Part shown: one piece after another, positions 13,634 to 26,800 of the stretch
Position numbering within the stretch: the first letter of the stretch is position 1
How the letters are laid out: each line of letters opens with the position of its first letter
Source of the DNA: Azolla caroliniana
Taxonomy: Eukaryota > Plantae > Polypodiophyta
Length of the DNA stretch: 64,000 nt
Reading direction: 5' to 3'
Assembly (NCBI GenBank): GCA_043228905.1
Contig: JBHGNT010000009.1
Span: 10,850,001 to 10,914,000, forward strand
Made by a program: the position numbers and the translations under genes
Notes under the pieces: generated by a model
Told to the model about the DNA's origin: nothing
Seen by the model: only the letters and a program-made list of their open reading frames with translations
The model's database searches: none

Positions 13634-16584
13634 CATTGCATGCATTCTCAAATTCAAAACATACTCTTTTTCTTACCTCATTAACATATTCATTCCATCT
13701 ATAATTTGAGGATAATTCAATTCCAAGAAGTTTTTCACAGTAATGGCTCGTTATTATACATAATGCGTGATTTGTCTTGATTTTGGCTTGTCACAAGCAT
13801 AATCTTTGTTTTAGATCTATTAACACAACTTAATATGCATGCAAAACACTTCAAATTCCCGTATATGCTTTTGTGCATCTTCTAAATTATTTACAAAAAG
13901 CTCCACATCATCTACGTATAACAAACGCGTGATCACTCCATTCGCGAGGTAAGAGTTTTTTATATGAAATCTCGTGAGTATATTTGGAAGTGTATGGAAG
14001 AACTTAGGATACCAAGTGAATATTCGAATCTATGATAGGGTTATATGTTCAGAGAACTACAATATATAAACAATATAAAACTCTTACCCCTCAAGCAACT
14101 TTCTTCCATTAATACTCAACAAGTGACAATGTGATGGATGGTGTTCTAAAATTTTTGGAATCCAACTTAATTGTAAGAGCTCTTATTGTTCTTATCAACG
14201 CATGCACTTATCGTTGACTCCATTATGCATCCAAATATTGAGTCTTAAGTGAGTTGACTATGATTGTCCAACACTTATTTATATTGTTTGCATCTCCAAC
14301 TTTATCGAAAGGTTTGATTTCATTTGAACTCCCATAGTATGTTGCAACACATGATTAAACATATGATTTATCATGCATGAGGTTAATTTTCCATCCATTT
14401 GAGCATTTCAATTGTTGTGCATTGAAGATATTAAATCTTTCGTGAGGCCAATTTCTTAAGTCTCACATGCATCTTCAATCATGAACATGAGAGGCATATG
14501 TGAAAGAGAACCATAACAAATAATATTTCCAATATTTTAGTGCTCCTATTAGTTCTTACAATGCATAAACAAGTCCACAAAAGTTAAGTTAGTATACTCT
14601 CAATACATTTCCACTTCAGGTTTCTCAAAAAATTAGCAAATGAATGTGCTTCCTTTTTGTGTTTAGTAACTTTACATATTCTTCTCTTTCTTTGAATAAG
14701 TATTTTGTATACATGCAAATGATTTTGATCATTTTCCTTATACTTGACTACATCTAAACTCATAAGGCACTTCTAAGCTTTATATGTTTAGTATTTTACA
14801 ATTTTTCCTTCGAGCTATATTTCTTGTGAGAGTGAGACAAAGAATTACATTCTATAATGTTCAGGAGGCCATTTTTTATCCTAGAACTAAATAAGCATAA
14901 TATCTTGGATCCAAATCCTTCCTAAAATGGGGGTTACCAACTATTTAATAGAAACTCCCTATGTGAGAATGATGAACGTGCATGTGTGCTCAACCTTCTT
15001 GTTGGGGATTTGGGTATGATACTTAAATTATCATGCGTGTGCATCAAATAAGCACACTACTTGTGAATTACGTTATACATTGAGCATGCAAGACGTAAAT
15101 GATATTTATCGACTAGAATTTCATAGCATACCTTGCACATTGTCATCCTAAAGTGATAATGCAATGAAGTTACATCAACACCTAAATTTTGTGAGTAAGT
15201 TTAAAGAAGAGTTAAGGCTCTCCAAGGGCCAAGACTGTTAAGAGAAGGAAGACGCAAAATGGATGAAAATAGTAATAGCATAAGGAAAGACAAACATTAT
15301 AATGGTATTATATTGGCTCTAAAAGGATGGGTGTTTTGTATCAAAAAAAGCCTCCAAGAGGGCCTTTGGCCAAACCTTTATGCCTCCCTCCCAATTCTCA
15401 AAACCTTTGGCCTTCCTATCTTGCCCGCACACTTTTGGTTCCACTAAGTACACTTACTTAATATTCCCCACTAATAACATGCAGATGCCTTGGTTTGTAG
15501 TTATCATTCTTCGAAGAGTATTAATATCGATGTACCTTGGGAAAACACATGTTTTGCACTTGGTTATTTTTTTAGCTTTACAGTTGAGATGTATGACCTT
15601 AAACTGGTGTTTTCTTATGGTGTTTGAAGTTTCAATCATGTCAAAAATCTTCCTCCTATTTGAGTCAATCTGAAGTTTCAATCCTCTCTTTCTCTTCAGA
15701 ACATAAGTAGACAACTTGATGTAAATGAAAGAAAAATAACTTTTAGAGGATCAAAAGGTGAATACCCTGAATTATAGGAACCCTCGTATGCTTGGATTGA
15801 TGCATCTCGAAGTTGCCAATTGTCAATTGCATTGCCTCCAATTAATATGGAGGCTATTAAATTTTTGAATATTTATGATGGTTGCACAAATGAATATTTT
15901 TGGAAAGTTGGCACATTTCTTAGATGCTGCCAATATTTTTGTTTTGTCCATGTTAATAATTAGCCCACTGATTTAACAAAACGTTTCCAGCACAACCAAT
16001 GTTCCATATCATCCAAGGCATATGACAAATAGAGAGAATTTAAGCCACCAAATTGAATTCTCCTCATTACAAAAGAAAATGTGTTCATAACTTGCATTGA
16101 AATTTTACAACCCAGTTTCTAACATTTATTCAATATAACTGCAGTAAAAATTATCATTGTTAATTTGGGTTTTGTAGCAAATCTTAATCGTATGTCATTT
16201 GACTTCATACAAAAAGATGAGAAAAAATTATTGGTAGAAGCTCACAATTTCCAATCAAGCTTGTGGCTTTAGGGAAAGGATATCACCTCATTTGCATATA
16301 GCAAAAAATCTCTCATTCATATCCACACTTTCTCCTCAAACTGATTAAGGTCTTTTATTACCATCCCCAATGTGGTATACCCCTTAAAAATGTAGTATAT
16401 ATTCTCTTCCACATGATACGTGTAGATTCTCCCATTCCAAATGATAATATTTAGGGGAAAGGTAGGTGGTTGGGTGGCCCTAGAGATTTTAAAGAATGGA
16501 AAAACAAAAGCCGTGATATACATACACATTAATGTAACTCTGCTCAATTTTCTTCACATGAGCACACTATCACTTTTTCAAAAT

Positions 16585-19500
16585 TTAATTGAAAAAATAG
16601 GGTGCTCGAAGCACTTCTTTGAGCTCGAAATTGCCACGATCCGGCACAGGAGGGAAATTGACATCAGGGAAACACTCTTCAAAGGTCTTTAACAGCTGTA
16701 CACAAAAACATATATGGCCAGCAAAAAATTCAAAATGCCGCTTATTAAAATGTTGCCACCTACTACTAGTTCCCAACATCAAAACTCATGCGTATTAAAA
16801 AGTTGCCACTCCATGGGATTAATGTAATGTTCTAGGGTTTAGGCAGAACCCAGTCAAATTGACGAATTAATAATAAAAACCATTCGACAACGCAGATGTC
16901 ATTTTATTGGTTTATTCTATGTAATTTTCTAGGGTTTAAGTTTTAGTTAGGATTTTATATACCTTGCAATTTTCTAGGGTTTAAGGTTTGGTTAGGATTT
17001 TATACAGCTTGCAAATACATTCATTTTATGGAAAAAAATACATTTCAAGCACTTACATTCTCTAGGATGGGCTGATCATATAGCTCCACAAACTTCTCCC
17101 GCAGAATCGCATTCATCTTATCAATATCTCCGGCATGTGTCCAGTATGAATCATGAACACCTGCAAGAGAGAGAGAGAGAGAGAGAGAAATTTTATGTTC
17201 AGAGAGAGAGATTTACTCCCCAATATGTTAATAGAGAACTTTAGGCAACCCTATCACAGAAGACTCACCTGCAAATGTTAAACCTGCTTTTCTGCAAGCA
17301 ATGGCTGTCATCATCATATGTGTGCTATCAAGCGAGTGAACAAAATTTGGCGGGAATGCAGTCCTTTGCCGTTTCACCATAACCTGATATTTCAGCACAA
17401 AATCAGACAAGTAAGATGCAGTCAGAACTCCTTAAGAAAAAAAAGACCACAAGTGTCAATCACCCATAAAATTCTAGAAGACACAGGACATGTTACAGCA
17501 GCTCTTGTTTACAAACATACACAGGCTTTACACTCTGAACATATTATACCCAAATCATAGTTTTGCAGATTTGTTTTCACATTCTACTTCTAACCTAGCC
17601 ATTCAGAAATAGTATTCTCAAAGAATAACATGCTTTATCAAGGATGAAGTATTAGTGTTAAGCATGAGCACACATGCTTAGGTGATACATACACTTTTCT
17701 ACCACATTGTGGTGATAATCGGCTAGCCTTGCTAGCCACATTTTGTTAGTGATAGTAAGTAGGAAACAACATGTTGATACAACATTTGGTGGCGAGAAGC
17801 CATCATACCCATGCTTCAAGTTGCTGTTCCTTGTATCTGGAAGGATCCACATACAATTACAGTTTTCTGATTCAATATAAGTTCCCTAAATGTTGATACA
17901 ACATTAGGTGATGAGAGACAATCATGCTATACTTCAACTTGCTATATGCATTGTAGCTGGAAAATGCAAAGTCATTACATTTCTCCAATTTCGGGTAAGT
18001 CCTCAAGGGCTGTTTTCTAGAGTAAGAAGCTACTGAATTATTATCATTGTCCCAGACACTGGTAAGTCTGAATATGCAAGATTATTACTTACATAAACGG
18101 GCAGATATTTTGAAATCACACCAAAGAATAGAGTACAATGCATGAAACTAAGAATAGAAACACCATCATACCCTTGTATCATTGGAATGAACTAGACAAA
18201 GTGTTTGTAACGATGTTCTAACCTGCAAAAGTATTTCCAGTCAGTTGATAGTATGTTATATGCCAAATCATATTAAAAAACATCGAAAGGGAATTACCAT
18301 GATTTTGTGGGGTTTCCTGTATGGCTGTACAACTGGAAGCCCTAAGGGTGTTTTCCATTTCACTGGCTGGTTATGCGATGCAATCACCTGTGCAAGAATA
18401 AAAAGAGTTCCAACAAATGATTCAAATTCTCATGTTATCCACATTCATTTTCTTAAAAGAGGAATAAGTAAGGACCTTTGCACAATCCCCTAGCCAGCCC
18501 ATAATGACTCTAGCTGCTTTAAACATCTCTCCAAGAGCTGCCAATGTTGTCTGCACATTTTCATTTTCATTTTCATTTACATAAGATACTTATAAAGCAT
18601 TTCCAGTTCCGTGAAGTGAAACACAGAACTATTTAAGACCTTTGCTGCATAGCAGGAAATACTGAAAGCTTGCTTATCATCTGTTAATGTGTGCCTTTCT
18701 TGCAGTCGGTTTAATATTTGATCTCGTGCTCCAACATACGTTACTCCATAAACTGAAGTCATAACTGTTTGCTTCACTAGCTTCCTATCAACCTAAAGAA
18801 CAAGTAACTCATAAAATTTTAGACATTAAATTCTTCTGATATACCCTGAACACTTAATAATAGAACAGCACCTGTGAATGCAAAAGCTTGGCCAAATCCT
18901 TTGAGCTTTCATTTGAAAATTCTTTTTCAAGTAATCCCTTGACACTACATTTGTAACACATTGCTCCCCATTTTATAAGTAATCAAGCCACGTGCAACCC
19001 AATTTTTGACACAAATCTCAAATATTTAATATCCTACATATCTAGAAAGAATAATGATTCATTGTATCAGGATTATTTTTCATTAGATTTACTGATGTGT
19101 GACAATGACCTATAGGTGCTAAGAAGATACCTATTCAAAAATAGATTTGAAAAAAGTAACACTTTTGACTGTTTGACTTCTGATTATGAGAGGGAAAAGT
19201 ACATCCATTGGATTTTTAACTATAGTCACTTTGGAACAAATGTTCCTTGGGCATGGAATGGGAAGCTAGTTGAGACAGTGTAAAGAAAATTAAAAAATAG
19301 TTATTCATTATGACCTTCAACATTATTAAAAGTTATCGTCAAGAAAGAAAGAAAGATATATTAACGTCTTCCAAGAGGCCAAAATGGCCTATAACACCAA
19401 ACAAGAGATTACATCTTAAGTGTTGTCTCGTCTTTGAGAACAACAAATCAAAATAAAATAAATATTACTCAGTAAATATAAAAGTAAATAAGATAAAAAG

Positions 19501-22344
19501 AGACGAGGGAATCTGGTTTTTGGCACATGTGCGCTTTTCAAGTTAGATATATTATAACTTGACTTCGAAAGATCTGTAGCATAAGTTAATCCAGAATGGA
19601 GAGGTCTATGAAGCGAGGGAAGCACCTCCAATGGAGGGAGATAATAATCTTTACCTATCAATGACAAGGGTATTGAGGTTGTGGTCCATGGGGTTGGGGC
19701 CTACCTGCATGACAAATTGCTATTGCTTGATCTATTGTAACCCCTTTGCTATGTCTTGGTCGAGCGCCCATTTGTGTATCCCTTGATTGACTTGTAGCAT
19801 CAGTAGGAATGACGGGGCTAAAGAAAGTTGTGATTGTTCTTTGTAGATGAGCTTGTGTGGCTATATTATTGTCCTTCAACAACTTTTCCATATGTAACTT
19901 GTGTCCTTGCAACAAAAGTTCTAGGCACTGTTGGTCCTCATATTCCATTACCTTGTGTAGTGGGCCAAAGCCTTGTTTAAAGAGCCAGTGGTATCTCCCT
20001 CTGATTTCCTAAAAGATACTACAATGACAAACATAGTGTTCTTCGGATTCCACTCCTTGATGACACAATTGGCAAATTCTTTCTTCTAGAGGTATTTGTG
20101 TATATCAGCCAACCTCAATCTCTAAACTGATGTGATGAAGTTCACAGCTGCCCTATCACAGTGCGCAGCGCAAAGGATAGATGTATATCCATATAAAGTG
20201 GCTTGACGATGAATCCACCCTCCGACGTGTGTAGAAGGTGTGTCTTGTAGTGGGCCATCTTCGTACCAAATGATATTTTGGGGCTGATCCATGTTATCTT
20301 GTTTTCCAAGTTAGGTCATGGCTATTGGAATTGCAAATGTGCACATTGTCTCTCGAGGCACCAAGGGTTGCATATCCACGAGAAACTCAGGCACAAGCAA
20401 CCTCTCATAAGCAGAACCTAGGCCCTGTAAATGTTACTTCTAGGTATGTGTAGGAGCGTGTGTATTCCACCTTTTCCTCGTTCAAGAAGAATTCCGGTTC
20501 TAATCTTGTAACTCATGCTTGAGTTGTGTTAAACACCATCACTTTAGTTTTAGCCATGTTTATTGACAAACCTTTGTCACTACAAAATAGTTTTTAAGGC
20601 ATTTAGATGTCTTTGCAATCCCTCCGGAGAGTCAGACATCAGCACGATATCATCAGCATATAGTAATATTTGTATAGCTATACCTGCTAGGCATGCTCCC
20701 GAACCACCGAATCTCTCTATGTAATGTGATACCTCATCTATATAGAGACCGAAGAAAGTGGGTGATAGTGGGCTCCTTGTTGCACTCCAATTATACTAGC
20801 CACCGCCTCTGACAAACCCTTGGAACACCACACTTTTCTTAACACGGTGTCGTGATGTGGCATATCAAGTGTGAGAAAAAGTGAAAAAGTGAGGATACAC
20901 GCACATTTCACAAATACTTGTAAAAATGAAATAAATCAATAATAAATAAGCCTAGGGCCTAGTGACATTGAGTGCGTACAGAGGGGTGCAAGCAAGTTTT
21001 GAACCTTGCACCTCCAAGATACAAGACAATTGCCTTACCAATAAGGCTACTATTTGGGTGTTTAGATTTCATATTTTCCCTTTTCATATTCAAAATTGCA
21101 TAGGAAACAACTAGTGTATAGATCCCCCATCGCATATCTGTTTGAACACTAACGGGTTCTAGCCGTTGTATAAGCCGAGCACGCGTCAATATCGAAGGCT
21201 TTTCGGAAATCCACAAAGCAGCAATAAATCCTCTTATTATGCGTTCTGCCCCCTTCAATAAGGGCTCGGAGGGTCAGTATGTGATCCAAAGTTGTGAACC
21301 CCTTACGAAAGCCTGACTGTCCAGCTGAACGGCAGCCGTTCCACTCTGCCCATATACTCAATTCTGATTCTAAAATCGAGCCATATAGTTTGGCCAAGTA
21401 CCGAATGCATCGCATTCAGATTGTCTGTTCTAGTATTCACTTAGATTTTCACATTCTTTAGGATTAATAAAACACTAATATATGGAGAATTTAATCTCTT
21501 CCAATCTGCTCGTAAGAAAATATAATTTTGAGGCATCTTACCGAACTGCAATATCTGTATAGACATCAGCAGGTTTCTCTTGTACGGTCAAATTTACTGA
21601 TTCAGCTCCTAACTGAAAATAGTAAAAAATGTGCTTAGTTAACATGCACATGGTTTTGATATCCTTACATACCTATATAATACAATGAAAATCCATTTGC
21701 TTACAAGATCCCTTCCGAGTGCAGCATAATGTTGAAGTCCATTGCAAGAACCATCCTATGACAGCAACATAATCTTGGTCACCAAATTAGAGCAAAAAGC
21801 ATGTTCTTCCAGACAACATGACTATCTCAAATATCTCAACCAACCACTTATATTTGCTCATCTAAGAGACTTTTCTAAACACAGAAAGAATATACCAAAA
21901 TTCTAACCTGATGAACTGGCAAGTGTGACAAAAACTCTTCTGGATTCCCTGATGAATATACATTAGATATTTCAACGCAAGTGGCAAGACATTGAAAAGG
22001 ATCTTCTGCTGCAAGCCACCATCGTCGGCCCTTGAGGGGCTCTCGAGCTGAATCAAGAATATTCTCCATGTTCTCCTCTACAAAGGCAAGTCGACCATCA
22101 AAAGAGAACTTGTCAACACCATTCCCATAGACATTAGCCATGTGAATCTTCAGCCAGCGCAGTCCTGTCTTTCCTAACGCGCGACCTTCTGCAAACTCCA
22201 GTAACCCTCGACACATATCTGAGCCAAGGTGATTCAAATGGGGATGCATGGGATATGCACGGCCTCGGAAATCTATGTTATGTGGATAATAGAAACATTC
22301 TTCATTCCTCATTTGCCGAGCTACCTAGTTAAATGATCATTCTT

Positions 22345-22393
<49 letters not shown>

Positions 22394-23779
22394 ATATAGC
22401 TTGGATTGTCCCCATCTAAACATGACCAAAGTGGAAAAGAATACAGTGATCAAAACTGATATTATTAACTTGGAAAACAAGATAGCACGGATCAGCCCCA
22501 AAATATCACTTGGTAAGAAGATGCCTTACTATAAGACACTTTTTACACACATCAGAGGATGGATTCATCTATCCTATGCGCTGAGCAGTGTGCTAGGGCA
22601 GCTGCGAACTTCATCACACCAGTTAAGAGATTGAGGTAGACAGACATGCAAGAATACCTCTAGAAGAAAGAATCTGCCAACTGTGTCATCAGGGAGTGGA
22701 ATCTGAAGATAACTATGTTTGTCACTGTAGTGTTTTTTATGAAATAAGAGGAAGATACCATTGCTTCTTTAAACAAGTCTTTGGCCCACAACGCAAAGTA
22801 ATGGAATACGAGGACAATCGGTGCTTGGGACTTTTCTCGCTAGAACTCAAGAGACACAGGGAAAAGTTGTTGAAGGACAACAATACAACCACACAAGCTC
22901 ATCAACAAAGAACAAGCACAACTTTCTTTAGCGCCATCACTCCTAAGTGAATCAAGTCATGCTACAAGTCAATCAAGGGCTACACAAATGGGCTCCCAAC
23001 CAGGACATAACAAAGGGGTTACAATAGATTGGGCAATAGCAATTTGTTGTGCACATAGGTCCAAACTTTGTGGACCACAATCTCACCACCCTTGTCATCG
23101 ACAGATAAAAGCCAACATCCCCCACCATCGCACACGCTTCCCTCTCTCCATTTTAGATTGACATGTACTAGAGAATGTGAGAAAAGTTGTTAATAGCAGC
23201 AGCAGAACAGTTGTTAGAACAAAATAGATACAGCCAAGCTGTGAGAAGGCTGTTAGACAGTAGCAGCAAAAGTAGCAGCAAAAGTAAAAGTCTTTATAGA
23301 AGAGGCTGGTATAGCCTATTTATACAAATTTGGGGAAAGTGGGTGAAATGGTTGTTTGGTAGGTAAATGACTCTTGTACTATCAAACAGGTACAATAAAC
23401 TAGGAATAAGAGGGAATATCTTGGAAAAAGTGGAAGAGAGAAAAGGCATCATAAGCGGTGCAGATTCTAGAGAGAAAAGAATCTAGGAAGAGAGGGAATG
23501 TACAATGGGGATAATAAAGATGAAAGAGAGTGCAGGTCTGGAGCTGCCACCCTCCAACAGAGAACTTACAAAGACAAAAATTACAATCTAACTTGAGAAC
23601 TCCTACATGTATTGATAACGAGATTCTTTAGTCACATTTTATTTTACTTGCTTGTTTACTTAGCTACACTTCTTTGGTTTGTTCTCAAAGACGAGACAAC
23701 ATTTTAAAACATAATCTCTGGTTTGGTTTTATAGGCAATTTTTGCCAGACATTCATATATCTATCTCTCTAAACCCTAA

Positions 23780-23818
<39 letters not shown>

Positions 23819-26800
23819 TTCTCTCTGTGTGTGCTTAAACTGATTGAGGGGACAAGAGAAGGGACTCACAGAAAGCTTCAATTCGATGTCACAACGTTGT
23901 GAATGCAGCTCACGATTGAGTCTTCTTACTTTAGTTCTTTCCCATCTCCACTTTTTTAGCGTATCAGGGTCTTCAGTTTCAGGCTTCTCAGGCTCTGGTA
24001 CCTACTTTTTCCAAAGAAAATATAATCAGCTGATTTCACATTAAATATTGTGTCATCTATCTGCATAACAATCCCGAGTTAACAGGAGAATTTTACATCT
24101 TCACGGTCAACCATATCTGCAATCCTACCACCTTCCTCCCAAATCCTTTCTACAACATCAAGAAGCTTGCTATTGATTCTCCATTTTGTTGAACCAAGTA
24201 TGTCCAAGGCCTGCATTATTTCAGAAACAATAATCATCAGAAGAAAGAAAGAGAAATTCCTATTGCGTCACATGAAACCAGAGATAATCAGGCCTGCATT
24301 ACTTCAGAAACAAAAAATATCAGAAGAAAGAAAGAGAAATTCCTATACATCACATGAAACCAGACACAATCCGTGTTTCCCTTTAGTGCTAACATTCAAC
24401 CAATGGCTATTGTGGAGTATATAGGCTCTTGTTGGAAATTTTTAATGTACATTTTCTAAAAACAACGTAACAAAGCAGCAAACACCCTGTAATATTGGTT
24501 TCATTCTAAACCATTACTCATAATTTGGAACATTTGCTAAACAGATTCAACTAATGCAAAGTTCATGAAGCTAAAGACAAAACAGAGAAGGGGGGCCAAC
24601 TTCGCAAAACATCTTTCAAGAGAAATTTTCCTAGGAGCAACTTATGAATGAGTGAGGTAGGAACTAGGTTCCTGCCTCTGAAGTTACGAGTAATCTACAA
24701 GTAAACCACCAGGCATACAAGAACAAGTATGGAAGACAAAGAGAGAGACAGATAGCCAGATAGAAGCACACTTCCGTAGGAAGAACTAAGATCCTGTGAA
24801 TATTACACTCCTAGGTATGTGTAGATAGCATGTATGCTTTCATTTCCAATAACAACTCTCATTCTGATCTTATTGTCCATGCTTGAGAGATGTAAGCAAC
24901 ATCACTTCACTTCTATCAAGGTTTATCAAACAAATCGTTTTCTGTACAAAACGACTTTATGGAATCTAGATATCTTTGCGGTCTTTCTAGAGACTCAAAA
25001 TTCAATACAATGCCATCAGCATGCAACTCCAATATGGCTATCTCCACCGAGCATGCTTCTGAAACACCCAACCTCCCTATATAGCTTGATACCTCATCTA
25101 CATTAAGCACAGAGAGAGTGGGTGAAAACAGGAATTCTTGTTTCACTCTAATCATGTTAGTCACGACCTTTAACAACCCATTTGAAGCACACTCTTTTCC
25201 TAATAATCATTCATAGTGCATAGATTCCCCATGCATGGCTTCTAGGGTTCTCGAAATAGATTCTACATGGAACAATGTCAATGGGCCTAGAGAACAACAA
25301 TTGATGTCCTTTTCATGGGCCTTTCTCAATAAGGACTCCAAGGCTCAAACATGTGATCCTAAGTAGTGAGCCCTTCCTGAAGCCTGCCTATCCGACTAAG
25401 CAGCAGCATTTTCGTTCTACCCAGACACTCAAACTCTGACTCTAGAATCGGAACTTCACTCTTGAAGATCTGTACAATGATATGTTTGTCCAGCTAGTAG
25501 AGAAACATTCATGCAAAGCTTTATTAATGATGTGTGCAAGATGCAGGATTAAGGTATCACAGGCAAAGATAAAGTGCTCATCTACTAGCCTATTGCAATC
25601 TTCCAAATTGTAATTGATTGATTGCATTTCTCACTATTTCTGAAGTAAAAACTTTGGACTTAAGTGGGTATAAGCCGCAGGTGAGACTTTTCAGGAATTT
25701 CATAGAGAGGATTTACATTTCATCCAAGCCTAAGATGAACTTTGGTGTGTGCTAGGTCTCATTAAACATTCTCCATGCTCTTTTAGTTTCTTGTCCAAGG
25801 AACAATCTTTACACTTTTGCTTCAAATTTAATCAAACAGGATCTTGTCTTCTTCCTCGTGAGGCATTCAAAGGCTACTCTTTCCTGTCTGCTTATAAAAC
25901 CCCCAAGTCATTGCAAGGATCCTTGTATAACCACATTCCTATCATACCCACAACTGAGTGGGTCACTACCACGTGTGAGTAGAGCCCCAACCATGAAATG
26001 AAAGGTTATATTAACATCTTCAAAAGGCCAAAGTGGCATACGAGACTGAAAGTTACATCAATGTGGATCTTATGGAAGTGTGATGGAAGAATGAATAAGT
26101 GAATTGCACCTACACTATTTGACTAGGTTGTCATCCAAGTGCAATGGCACAGGAATCATGTGTATACATATTGTGAAGGATACATTACATGAAACAAATA
26201 AATACATAAGTAGGAGAGACGGTATATGAGTGGATCAGCCCATGAAAGTTCACATAGGATGATGATGTAAAACATGGAGGATCATTCCCAACCTTTGGCA
26301 ATGATACCATGTATCCTCCCATGCAAGTTACATCCTCTGTAATAGTCCACATATTGAGGATGCCTAGAGTGCCAAATAAACTGATTGGCCTAGAAACGTT
26401 CCTCTACCAGATAATGGTTGTGCTTGCTCTGAGGTCTCTTGGCATGGCCTTCTAAAGAAAATTATCATCTGTCATTGTACAGGTCCTACTGGTTGGCTAT
26501 TACTAGGAAAAATACTATTCTTGCTAATTACTTGCATGCTTAATTAGCTATCAAATTCTCCTCTGTTGGGGTAAAGGCCCTAAATGACCCCCTTAATAGT
26601 GTGTACATGTGTATAGGCCTAGTGTGTACATGTCTACAAATGGCACTAATGAGCTGGTTTTGCATAATGTGCATTATGTAACCACCCAAATAGGCAGAAA
26701 ACGGAAATGTTTGCGTACAGATAATGGTAGTGAGTATACAAGTGCTGAATTCAAGAAATTTTGTGAAATTTGGGTATTAAGAGGGAGCTTACAGTTCCAT

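Noticed and set aside
15259-15714. Possible transposase or gene fragment (Lys/Cys-rich ORFs)
   Set aside because: I recognise no motif and see no consistent splice pattern; a BLASTX search would be needed.
16923-17015. Interstitial telomere (TAGGGTTT)
   Set aside because: Only isolated units within a two-copy intronic duplication of about 45 bp; not a (TTTAGGG)n tract.
17772-17965. Degenerate duplication of about 119 bp in RpoT intron 17, and a 23-bp duplication near 29565-29605
   Set aside because: Ordinary small intronic duplications that do not touch splice sites.
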